From contig CAZNZF010000001.1 in NCBI GenBank assembly GCA_964577465.1, forward strand, positions 1-60,480: 60,480 nt of DNA, written 5' to 3'. A program made the translations under genes and the position numbers. The notes under the pieces were generated by a model, which made no database searches, was not told where the DNA came from, and saw only the letters and a list, made by a program, of their open reading frames with translations. The stretch comes from an uncultured bacterium (GTDB lineage: Bacteria > RBG-13-66-14). This document shows positions 7,859 through 16,625 of the stretch, piece after piece. The first letter of the stretch is position 1, and each line of letters begins with the position of its first letter.

Positions 7859-10800
7859 ATGACCGAGACAAACCGAGCGAACCGAGCTATGCCCCCGGCA
7901 AAAACCTGTAGCCTGTGCGGTTTTAAAAACGCACCCAACGTGCGCTTCTGCGGCGGTTGCGGTGAGCCGCTCGTCGAGGTGACGGTGGAGGAGGAGCGCA
8001 AGGACGTCGCCATCCTCTTCGCCGACATCTGCAACTTCACCGAGCTCGTGGCCACCCACGACCCCGAGGAGACCAAGGACAAAATCGACCAGTGCCTGCG
8101 GGTGATGGCTGACGGCGTGGTGGCCATGAATGGTGTGGTGGAGAAATTCATCGGCGACTCGGTCATGGCCGTTTTCGGCGTGCCCGTGACCCACGAGAAC
8201 GACGCCGAGCTTGCGGTGCGGGCCGGGCTGCGCATCGTGGAGAGCGCCCGCAGCTACGGCATCCACGAGAACCTTGAGCTCGAGGTCCGTGTCGGCGTCC
8301 ACTTCGGCGAGGTCATCGTCAGCCGTCATTCCCAGGCGCCGGGCCGCGCGCACCACGTGTTCGGCAACGCCGTCAACCTCGCCTCCCGGCTGGAGGCCAC
8401 GGGCCTCGTCGGCGCCGTCGTCGTCTCGGACGAGGTTTACCGGAAGACGAAGGAGTTCTTCAAGTTCGGTGAGCTGCCGAGCATCCGGGCCAAGGGCGTA
8501 CGGTCGGAGCTCAAGCGCCGCAAGGTCGTCGGAGAAAAGGCCTCGCGGGGAAAAATCCGCGGTGTTCCCGGGCTCTCGTCGCCGTTGATAGGACGCAAAG
8601 CGGAGCTGGACATCCTCCGGGGCATCTACCAAGACGTAGCCGATGGTAAGGGGCTGCGGGTCGTAACCATCGTCGGTGAGGCCGGGATAGGGAAAACCCG
8701 GCTGGTGGAGGAGCTTTTCCTCATCCTCAAGCAGGCGGACTCGAGTCCCCGCGTCCTGCACGGCCGCTGCCTGGGCTATGCCGGGGCCCCCCCGTACTAT
8801 CCCGTCGCCGAGATAATCAAGAAGGCCACCGGGATCAAGGACGACATGCCCCAGAGGGAGATGGCCGACCAGCTCGCCTCGTCGGTGGAGACGATACTCG
8901 GCCGCCGGATGATCGGCGACGTGGACGCCGTGGGCATCCTGTGGAAAATCCTCTCCCTCAGTCAGGACGGGGATTCACCCGACGAGGGGGATACCCGGCA
9001 GATTCACAACCAGGTGCTCCTGGTGGTCGAGGAGCTGCTCCGCGCCCTGGCCAAAGAGGAAAACGTCGTGGTGCTGGTGGAGGACGTCCAGTGGTCCGAC
9101 AGCTCCTCCCTTACGCTCCTGGGCCATCTGGTCCGGTCCCTGACCGACTCCCGCTGCCTGTTGCTAATCAACTCCCGCCCGCCCGGGAACCACGAGGCCA
9201 CGCGGGCCTTCCTGGAGGAGCTCCAGAAGTCGGAACGCCACACGAGGATCAACCTCAAGGACCTTACCGCCGACGATACGCGCCGGCTCTTGTCCGAGCT
9301 GTTGACCGTCGAGGAACTGGACGATACGAAACGGCGGGCCATCATCAAGCTCGCCGCCGGCAATCCATTCTTCGTCGAGGAGATAATCAAGAACCTCATC
9401 GAGAAGGGGGACCTCGAATACCGGGACGGGCACTGGTACACGAACGATGAGGTGGGCGGCTTCGATATCCCCGACACCGTGGAGGGGGTGCTCCGTTCCC
9501 GGATAGATAACCTCCCCGACAAGGAGAAGAAGGTCATCCAGCGCGCCTCCGTCGTCGGTGAGGTGTTCTGGCGAAGGATAGTGACCGAGCTGATGAGCTA
9601 CGCCGTGGGGGACTACCTGGCGGACCTGGAGAAGAGGGACCTCATCCACCGGCGGCTCGAGTCCATCTTCGAGGATGACCTGGAGTACATCTTCAAGCAC
9701 GTCCTGCTGCACGAGACGGTCTACAAGAGCCTGCTCAACCGGGAGCGCCGCGAGCTGCACCTGAAGACGGCGAAGTGGATCGAGAACAACTACTCCGACC
9801 GAATCCAGGCCTACCAGTCGCTCGTGGCCAACCACTTCGAAAACGGCGGCGCGCCCGAGAAGGCCGCCGGGTACTACTTCGAAGCCGGAAGGCACGCCGC
9901 GTCGCTCTACGCCAACGAGGACGCGAAGCTCTTCTTCGCCAAGGCGGTCGAGAACACACAGGAGGGGGACCTCACCCGCCGGGCCTACCTCGAGTGGGGC
10001 GACGTCTGTCTGGAAACGGGAAAGCCGCACGAATCCATCGACCTCTTCACGGCCGCGCTGGGGTACTGCGGCGACACCGCGGAGCGCGCGGAAATCATGG
10101 AGCGCATGGGCTCGGCCCACGAAAAGCTCAGCGAGTACCCCCGTTCCCTGGAGTACTTCGACGACGCCCTGACGCTGCTGAAGGATGAGCCGCCGTCGCT
10201 GCTCCAGAGCAAGACCCTGTACGGCATCGCCTGGGTCCATTACCTCCGCGGGGATTTCCGGGAGGCCCTGGATAACATCACCCGGGCCGAAGAGGTCATC
10301 GCCCGGGTGGGGGGGGAAGACATCGTCTCGGACAGGGTCCGCGCCCGCATCGCGAATATACACGGCAGCATCCTCAACGAGCTGAAGCGGCTCGACGAGG
10401 GCCGCGAGTACCAGGGCCGCACCCTGGAGCTGTACGAGAAGCACGGCGACCTCCTAGGCATGCAGAGCGTGCTGAACAACATCGCCACCGTTGAGATGGA
10501 GGAGGGCAGGTACGGGGCGGCCCTCGAGCTGCTGGAGCGCTCCTATGAAATCGCCGATCGCTGCGGCGACAGGCTGGGGCTCGCCATCAACTGCAACAAC
10601 CTGGCCTCCATCTACACCACCTTCGGCCGCCTCGACCGCGCCGAGGAGCTCTACTCCCGCTACCTGGAGATGAACGCAATTATTAACAACCGCCTGGGCG
10701 ACGGATACGCCAACTACGGCCTCGCCACCCTGTCCCGCTTGCGGGGGGAGTACGACAAGGCCGAGAACCACTTCCGCCGGGCGATTGAAATCTATGGAGA

Positions 10801-11242
10801 GGTGGGGGCCCACCGGATGACCCTGGTCGTCAAGCTGTCCCTCGCCGTCTTCTACGCGGAGATCGGGCGCGAGGGGGAATCCGAGGCGCTATTCGCCGAG
10901 GTGGGCGAGTTCATGGACGAGAAGGAGATCGTCGTTGACCGCCTGAGCGCCCTGGGGCTCACGGCGCGTCGCCGGGAATTCTCCGCGAATGAGCGGGAAC
11001 GCCTCCGGTCATTCCTGCCCGCCGCCGAGGTCGGATACGAAAAGGAAACGGACAGAAACGGCCGGCTGGAGGAGGCGGTGCACCTGGCAACACTCTACGA
11101 GCGGATAGGCGAAGGGGAAAAGGCCGCCGGATACTGGGAGTCGGCCCGGGTCATGTTCAACGAGATTTTGGGGAACATCGGCGACGAGGGGCTGCGGGCG
11201 ACCTTCCGCGAGGCCATGGGGAAGCGGGGCTACGTCGTGTAA
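7859..11242 (+). CDS. Zinc-ribbon / class III adenylate-guanylate cyclase / AAA (STAND) ATPase / TPR protein
   Basis: Domains seen in the 1127-aa ORF:
- a CSLCG...CGGCG zinc ribbon;
- cyclase motifs ILFADICNFTEL, FIGDSVMAVFG and NLASRLE;
- Walker A GEAGIGKTRL;
- a C-terminal TPR-like repeat region.
The real start may be the ATG at 7889, after the 9-mer element. Confidence 0.85.
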   Translation: MTETNRANRAMPPAKTCSLCGFKNAPNVRFCGGCGEPLVEVTVEEERKDVAILFADICNFTELVATHDPEETKDKIDQCLRVMADGVVAMNGVVEKFIGDSVMAVFGVPVTHENDAELAVRAGLRIVESARSYGIHENLELEVRVGVHFGEVIVSRHSQAPGRAHHVFGNAVNLASRLEATGLVGAVVVSDEVYRKTKEFFKFGELPSIRAKGVRSELKRRKVVGEKASRGKIRGVPGLSSPLIGRKAELDILRGIYQDVADGKGLRVVTIVGEAGIGKTRLVEELFLILKQADSSPRVLHGRCLGYAGAPPYYPVAEIIKKATGIKDDMPQREMADQLASSVETILGRRMIGDVDAVGILWKILSLSQDGDSPDEGDTRQIHNQVLLVVEELLRALAKEENVVVLVEDVQWSDSSSLTLLGHLVRSLTDSRCLLLINSRPPGNHEATRAFLEELQKSERHTRINLKDLTADDTRRLLSELLTVEELDDTKRRAIIKLAAGNPFFVEEIIKNLIEKGDLEYRDGHWYTNDEVGGFDIPDTVEGVLRSRIDNLPDKEKKVIQRASVVGEVFWRRIVTELMSYAVGDYLADLEKRDLIHRRLESIFEDDLEYIFKHVLLHETVYKSLLNRERRELHLKTAKWIENNYSDRIQAYQSLVANHFENGGAPEKAAGYYFEAGRHAASLYANEDAKLFFAKAVENTQEGDLTRRAYLEWGDVCLETGKPHESIDLFTAALGYCGDTAERAEIMERMGSAHEKLSEYPRSLEYFDDALTLLKDEPPSLLQSKTLYGIAWVHYLRGDFREALDNITRAEEVIARVGGEDIVSDRVRARIANIHGSILNELKRLDEGREYQGRTLELYEKHGDLLGMQSVLNNIATVEMEEGRYGAALELLERSYEIADRCGDRLGLAINCNNLASIYTTFGRLDRAEELYSRYLEMNAIINNRLGDGYANYGLATLSRLRGEYDKAENHFRRAIEIYGEVGAHRMTLVVKLSLAVFYAEIGREGESEALFAEVGEFMDEKEIVVDRLSALGLTARRREFSANERERLRSFLPAAEVGYEKETDRNGRLEEAVHLATLYERIGEGEKAAGYWESARVMFNEILGNIGDEGLRATFREAMGKRGYVV
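7861..7906 (+). repeat. 9-mer tandem element, copy 1
   Basis: GACCGAGAC AAACCGAGC GAACCGAGC followed by TATGCCCCCGGCAAAAACC. A near-identical module occurs at 34811-34855. Confidence 0.6.
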
Positions 11243-11463
11243 CCGACGACGGCGCGACGACAGCCGGCCCGGGAGGGCTTTTTTTATACCATAGCGGAGC
11301 ACCCCTTCATTCTGAAACGACCATTCTGGCGGATATCCATTCGAGAAGTACATCGAGGCAAACAGTTCGGAAACGACCGCCGGTCTATTAATCAACGGCC
11401 AAACACCCCCACTACGCACCTACGGACGACATCGGGTAACGGTTTGATGCACACCGGCAACCG

Positions 11464-11479
11464 GGGCATAAAGATTGCT
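11464..11479 (+). promoter_or_regulatory. Sigma54-like -24/-12 element upstream of the response regulator and EBP genes
   Basis: GGGCAT-N5-TTGCT with correct GG-N10-GC spacing, about 110 nt upstream of the ATG at 11588. It has one mismatch in the -24 hexamer (G for T). Confidence 0.35.
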
Positions 11480-11587
11480 TCAACAATCAGTACAACGTTT
11501 AAATCGCTCACGTACATTATTGAGACAACTGTAATAGGGGGAATCGGCTATCGCGAAGGCGCCGCCCCCGTCAAGGAGAATCAGCCC

Positions 11588-11959
11588 ATGCCCGAAAAAA
11601 TCATCATCGTGGAGGACGAAATCATCGTCGCCATGGACCTGAGCCTTCGGCTCTCACGGCTCGGCTACGACGTAATCGGCGTCTTCTCCACCGGCGAGGA
11701 AGCGGTGGAACAGTGCGCCAAAACCCGCCCCGATATAATCCTCATGGACTACATGCTCCGGGGGGAGCTCAACGGCCTCGAGGCCACCAAGCTCATCCAC
11801 TCGCTCTACGACACGCCGGTGGTGATGCTCAGCGCCCTACCCGAAAACACCGAAACCCGGGAATGCGACGGGTACGTGGTGAAACCCTTCGAGTTCTTCG
11901 GTTTGAAGAGAACGATCGAAAGCGTCCTGCAAAACTCAAGGAGCATCAAAGCCTCGTAA
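11588..11959 (+). CDS. Receiver-only response regulator (CheY-like)
   Basis: ATG at 11588 preceded by AAGGAGAA. The 123-aa product has the acidic pair VEDE, the phospho-acceptor context IILMDYML and VVKPF. Confidence 0.85.
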   Translation: MPEKIIIVEDEIIVAMDLSLRLSRLGYDVIGVFSTGEEAVEQCAKTRPDIILMDYMLRGELNGLEATKLIHSLYDTPVVMLSALPENTETRECDGYVVKPFEFFGLKRTIESVLQNSRSIKAS

Positions 11960-12110
11960 CCAGGGGCCATGCCGAAAGGGCGCCGTCCACCGGTGGGCGT
12001 ACCTTGAGCCCAAGGATAACCGCCGGCGCCCATGCGACGAGAACGTGCACCACGAATAATTGCTATCCAGCAAAATCGGCTAAACCATTCCCCTCAGGCG
12101 AGGTAATAAA

Positions 12111-13460
12111 ATGGAACAAAGAACCCGAGTACTAATCGTTGACGACGACTCCAACTTCTGCGAAAGCACTTGTGACGGCCTCAGCCTCGAGGGTTACGAC
12201 GTCAGGTACGCCACCACGGGCAAAGAAGGGCTCGAATATTTCAAATCCTGGAATCCGAGCATCGTCCTGTTGGACCAAAAACTCCCCGACATCCTGGGAA
12301 CGGAGGTCGAAAGGCAGATCCGGGAGGCGGACCCCGGGGTCAAGGTCATCTTCGCCACCGCCTACGGGTCGCTCTCCGGGGCGGTCGAGGCGGTCAAGAA
12401 CGGGGCCTTCCACTACCTTACGAAACCGCTCGAGATAGACGAGTTCTACTTCACCGTGGCTAAGGCCGCCCGCCTGGCCGAGCTCGAACGGCGCACCCGC
12501 ATCACGGAGTTCCAACTCTCGCGGGCGCGGCAGACCGACGAATTCGCGGGCGATTCCTCGGCGATTCAGGAGACGCAGCGGCTCATCGAGCTGGCCGCCC
12601 AGACCGATTCCACTATACTCATCACCGGGGAAACCGGGGTGGGCAAAGGAGTCGCGGCGCGGGCCATCCACCGTAAAAGCGGCCGGAAGGACGACCTGTT
12701 GTCCGTGAACTGCGCCTCAATCCCCGAGAGCCTCATCGAATCGGAGCTCTTCGGTTACGAGAAGGGGGCCTTTACCGGCGCCGACTCACGGCGGAAAGGG
12801 GTCTTCGAGCTGGTCAAGGACGGCACCCTTCTGTTGGACGAGATTGCCGAGATGCCCCTCCAGCTTCAGAGCAGGCTGTTGACCGTGCTGGAAGAGGGTC
12901 GGATTCGGCGCCTGGGGGGCGACGTGGAGATACTCCTGAACGTCCGGGTCATCGCCACCACGAACCGGCCCATCGTCGAGGACATCAAGAACGGCCGTTT
13001 CCGCGAGGACCTCTACTTCAGGCTGGCCATCATCACCATCAACGTTCCCCCGCTCAGGGAACGCCGGGAGGATATTCCCATACTCTGTAAAAACCTGTTG
13101 GAAGGCATGACCAACGGTATCTACAGCGAGCTGCCCCCGGAGCAGCTCACCGCGCTGATGAGTTACCGCTGGCCCGGCAACGTACGTGAACTTCACAACA
13201 TCCTGGAGCGCTCGGTGATTCTCGCGGCCGGCGGGGTGCTCGACCCCGCGTCGCTTATCGAAGGCGTATCCGGGAATTACGGCGGACCGGGGACGACCGA
13301 TATCCGCTCCCTGGAAGATGTAGAGTGGGAGCACATCGATCGGGCCTTGAAATTTCACCGGTACAACAAAACCCACGCGGCTATGGCGCTGGGGATATCA
13401 CTTTCCACACTCAGACGACGCGTCGCGGCCTACGAGTGTCTGGGAAAAAAGAAGGCCTGA
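12111..13460 (+). CDS. Sigma54-dependent response regulator (NtrC-family enhancer-binding protein)
   Basis: The 449-aa ORF has a receiver domain (VLLDQKLPD), an AAA+ domain with Walker A GETGVGKG and the sigma54-contact loop EKGAFTGA, and a C-terminal Fis-type HTH. Confidence 0.9.
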   Translation: MEQRTRVLIVDDDSNFCESTCDGLSLEGYDVRYATTGKEGLEYFKSWNPSIVLLDQKLPDILGTEVERQIREADPGVKVIFATAYGSLSGAVEAVKNGAFHYLTKPLEIDEFYFTVAKAARLAELERRTRITEFQLSRARQTDEFAGDSSAIQETQRLIELAAQTDSTILITGETGVGKGVAARAIHRKSGRKDDLLSVNCASIPESLIESELFGYEKGAFTGADSRRKGVFELVKDGTLLLDEIAEMPLQLQSRLLTVLEEGRIRRLGGDVEILLNVRVIATTNRPIVEDIKNGRFREDLYFRLAIITINVPPLRERREDIPILCKNLLEGMTNGIYSELPPEQLTALMSYRWPGNVRELHNILERSVILAAGGVLDPASLIEGVSGNYGGPGTTDIRSLEDVEWEHIDRALKFHRYNKTHAAMALGISLSTLRRRVAAYECLGKKKA

Positions 13461-13593
13461 AGCGTCATCTTCCGAGCGCACCCGAGGGATTAAGGCCGCC
13501 CACCGCCGGCCTTTCTTCATACCACAGAGGAAGGCGGAGCAATGGATCGAACCGTCTTCGGGAAACCGGCTTCGGATATGCGGAGTAAAAGAT

Positions 13594-13622
13594 TTGTAAT
13601 CTTGGAAATTAAACCCTACAAT
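13594..13622 (+). promoter_or_regulatory. Possible sigma70-type promoter for the OM barrel gene
   Basis: TTGTAA-N17-TACAAT ends about 27 nt upstream of the GTG at 13649. Confidence 0.4.
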
Positions 13623-13648
13623 GAGGGCGAGACGCGCGGGATTACAAC

Positions 13649-15094
13649 GTGATTTATTCGAAACGAATCATTCTGGGTGTGATTATCCTCATGATTCCAG
13701 CCGCCGGGATGAACATCTTCGGCACCCGGGCCATGGGGATGGGCGGCGCACAGGTGGCGCTGGTCGACGACGCCACCGCCGCCTTTTGGAATCCGGCGGC
13801 CTTCGGGAACCAGGTCAGCTTCTCCACCACCGAAAGCATCTTCGGTTTCACGGGCGAGGACAACCTCACCCAGTACGTAAACGGACTGAACCAGTATTAC
13901 ACCCTAAAAGACACCATCCCGAACAACTACAATGATTTCCTGGACTACATGGACGACAATTCCGAAGAGGCGCACCGTTACATAGACGACATCGTGGACT
14001 CCCTCGGCGATTTCAACGACCCCGGCGTGGGTATAGTCTGGGACCTCCACTCCGGCGTGGCGACCCGGGTCGGTCCGGCGGTCGTTTCCTGGCTCTACGA
14101 AAACCGCATCGAGGTCGGTCCCTGGGTGGACAACCACCTGTCACGCCTCATACCCACCGAGTACCTGCGATCCCCCAACGACGTCCTTTCTCTTTACAAC
14201 GAAGGGCTCCTGAGCGGCGACGAGTTCGCCCTGCTCTGGCCCGGCTACAATCCCAACAATCCTGATCAGGATTCGTTCATCGGCGACCACCTCGGGAACA
14301 GCATCGGCCTGGATGACAACGGCTCTCTCATCACCATCTCCGGTCTGGTGACGAACACCATCGGTTTCAGCTACGGCTACTCCTTCGAGCTGACCCGGGA
14401 CGACTTCATCGCGGTGGGCGGAACCCTCAAATTCATTTTTGGGGAGCGCAGCGGGGACTCCACCGGCATTCTGATCGACGCCGACCTCGACACCTTCGAC
14501 CCGGGCATCCTCGACGTCGGCTCGAACTGGATTCTCAACAACATCTTCACCCTGCGCACCATGACCACGGGGAGCGGCTTCAGCGTGGACCTGGGCGTTC
14601 AGGGGAGGCTGGGCAAGCAGTTCCGCTACGGGCTCCTGGCGCGCAATCTCATCCCCACCCAACTGGCCTGGGACGACCCGCGATTCAAGCCCACACCGAT
14701 AAATCCGGAGCTCCGCCTCGGAGCGGCCTACGAGCCCGTCGAGGGCCTTTACTTGGCGCTGGACCTGGACCTTCTCCCCGTGGATAACCTGTCCTGCAGG
14801 TACAACCCGCTGACCGGTGTCGAGGAGGACGCGGTCTCCTACCACGAGCGGAGCATCGCCCTGGGCGCCGAGTACAACGTCGGAGGGGTTCTCACCGTGC
14901 GCGCCGGGATGAGCACAAATTACAACGCCCTCTTCGAGGAGGAGTCACCGGCCAAGTTCATCCTCTCCACCGGGATTGGGTTCGACATCGGCGAGGTGTT
15001 CCACATGAGCCTGGCGTTCATGAGCAACCTCATCCGGCCCCGAGACGTGGACGCCAGCCTGGGCGGCTCCCTCTCCCTCGGCTTCACCCTGTAA
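13649..15094 (+). CDS. Putative outer-membrane beta-barrel protein (PorV/TraF_2-like)
   Basis: 481-aa ORF with a signal peptide, the motif GTRAMGMGGAQVALVDDATAAFWNPAA typical of PorV/TraF-like barrels, and a C-terminal aromatic/hydrophobic end (LSLGFTL). Confidence 0.5.
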   Translation: MIYSKRIILGVIILMIPAAGMNIFGTRAMGMGGAQVALVDDATAAFWNPAAFGNQVSFSTTESIFGFTGEDNLTQYVNGLNQYYTLKDTIPNNYNDFLDYMDDNSEEAHRYIDDIVDSLGDFNDPGVGIVWDLHSGVATRVGPAVVSWLYENRIEVGPWVDNHLSRLIPTEYLRSPNDVLSLYNEGLLSGDEFALLWPGYNPNNPDQDSFIGDHLGNSIGLDDNGSLITISGLVTNTIGFSYGYSFELTRDDFIAVGGTLKFIFGERSGDSTGILIDADLDTFDPGILDVGSNWILNNIFTLRTMTTGSGFSVDLGVQGRLGKQFRYGLLARNLIPTQLAWDDPRFKPTPINPELRLGAAYEPVEGLYLALDLDLLPVDNLSCRYNPLTGVEEDAVSYHERSIALGAEYNVGGVLTVRAGMSTNYNALFEEESPAKFILSTGIGFDIGEVFHMSLAFMSNLIRPRDVDASLGGSLSLGFTL

Positions 15095-15139
15095 CCCGGC
15101 GACGGCGGGCCTTCTCCGGCCCTCGCCGGGTTTTTTTTT
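15095..15139 (+). terminator. Rho-independent terminator after the OM barrel gene
   Basis: CCCGGCGA...TCGCCGGG outer stem with a GGGCC/GGCCC inner stem, followed by T9. Confidence 0.8.
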
Positions 15140-15220
15140 CGGACGAAATGCAGCCTGTGCCTGTGGGCGTTGCTGACCAGCAACGGTCAGATACCAGGCG
15201 GGGGCGGATAGGACCGGCTC

Positions 15221-15249
15221 TTGCCAATCAACCGGAGACCGGGTAAAAT
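15221..15249 (+). promoter_or_regulatory. Sigma70-type promoter for blc
   Basis: TTGCCA-N17-TAAAAT lies about 55 nt upstream of the blc ATG. Confidence 0.45.
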
Positions 15250-15305
15250 ACAATTCGGGCGAAGATAAAGGGCAAGATACAGACCTACTTTCAAGGGGGG
15301 AAGAG

Positions 15306-15893
15306 ATGAGCTTTCGTACCACGTGGCGCGCTCAGACCGTGATTACAATCGCGGCTCTTCTGGTAATCATCCAGGTGGCGACGCTCGGATGCGGAATCAC
15401 GACCACGGAGCGCCTGGGATTGGGACCGCTCAAAACCGTCGGGCACGTCGACCTCGGACGCTACCTGGGCACCTGGTACGAAATCGCCCGTTTCCCCCAG
15501 TCCTTCCAGGAGGGCTGCGTGGCCTCGACCGCCACCTACACCCTGCGGTCGGACGGACTCATCGACGTCCTCAACACCTGCCGCAATGAGACACTCGACG
15601 GCGATGAGCGCAACGCCCTCGGCCTGGCCCGCGTCGTGGACGTGGAGACCAACGCCAAGCTCCAGGTGACCTTCTTCCTCTTCTTCTGGGGCGACTACTG
15701 GATAATCGACCTGGCCGACGATTACAGTTGGGCCGTGGTCGGCCATCCCAGCCGCGACTACCTGTGGATACTCTGCCGCACCCCGCAGATGGACGAGGGA
15801 GTTTACTCCGGCATCCTCGAGCGCCTGGAAGCCGTAGGCTACGAGACCGACCGGCTCTACGTGACCCCGCAGGTCGAGACCGCGGTGGATTGA
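15306..15893 (+). CDS. blc: Outer-membrane lipoprotein Blc (bacterial lipocalin)
   Basis: 195-aa ORF with a lipobox-like LGC and the lipocalin SCR1 motif GTWYEIARFP. It resembles Blc along its whole length. Confidence 0.88.
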   Translation: MSFRTTWRAQTVITIAALLVIIQVATLGCGITTTERLGLGPLKTVGHVDLGRYLGTWYEIARFPQSFQEGCVASTATYTLRSDGLIDVLNTCRNETLDGDERNALGLARVVDVETNAKLQVTFFLFFWGDYWIIDLADDYSWAVVGHPSRDYLWILCRTPQMDEGVYSGILERLEAVGYETDRLYVTPQVETAVD

Positions 15894-15949
15894 CGCCGAC
15901 GACGGCGGATATAACGCAAGGCTCCCCCTCGCGGAGGAGCCTCTTTCGG

Positions 15950-16330
15950 TGGTGGAGGCGGGGGGAATCGAACCCCCGTCCGATGATACCCTCACGACAG
16001 CTCTACATGCTTAGCCGTGCTTAACATTCGCCGCGGGCAGGGCGACGGCGACCTCAACCCGAAACTAGCCCCTTCAAAATAGTCTCCCCCGGGGGAAGAG
16101 AGCCACCCCGGGCTCGACGCCCACCAGTTTCACGCCCTCTCCGCGGCCCGATGGGCCGAAGCCGCGGGGGACGGGCCTTACGTGCCTAGGTTATCCGAAA
16201 GGATAACTTAAGCGGCCAACGCCAGATCGTAATCGGCGCTTGTGGTTTTGCCGCCTGTTTTACGAGGCCTGCGGCGACCTCGGCATGCAACCGGCGCTCG
16301 GACGACCACCGTCGAACCCGAATCGCCCCC
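15950..16330 (-). ncRNA. ssrA: tmRNA (SsrA)
   Basis: On the minus strand the 5' end reads GGGGGCGAUUCGGGUUCGACGG and the 3' end reads GGACGGGGGUUCGAUUCCCCCCGCCUCCACCA, a tRNA-Ala-like acceptor/T-arm. An internal tag reading frame ends ...GCC GAU UAC GAU CUG GCG UUG GCC GCU UAA (ADYDLALAA). Confidence 0.9.
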
Positions 16331-16391
16331 GGAGCGGTGTTAATATAGCCGCAAATTGCCCCGGCGTCAAGCTCCGGTCCTTGCCGGGGCT

Positions 16392-16625
16392 TTACAATCG
16401 AGCTTCCCGGTCCTCTCCACCACCCTTCCGCCGGTCGACTATAACGCGCCTCACCGCGGCCCAGACCAGCAACCCGACGAGCACGAGCAGCAGGGTGTAC
16501 TGGAGCCAGTCCAGCTCCTGTTGCAGGAAGACCGGCGCCCGTCCGTCGATGAGTGCGACGACGCCCTCCGTTAGAATCCAGAGGAGGGCGAGGCCGGCGA
16601 TGACGGCCCGGACATACACCGTCAA
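16392..16625 (-). CDS. Small two-TM membrane protein (hypothetical)
   Basis: Last 77 codons of track ORF 16392-18350. The TTG start overlaps the MFS TGA stop in a TTGA junction. Two hydrophobic helices are present and GC3 is high. No family was recognised. Confidence 0.35.
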   Translation of the reverse strand: MTVYVRAVIAGLALLWILTEGVVALIDGRAPVFLQQELDWLQYTLLLVLVGLLVWAAVRRVIVDRRKGGGEDREARL

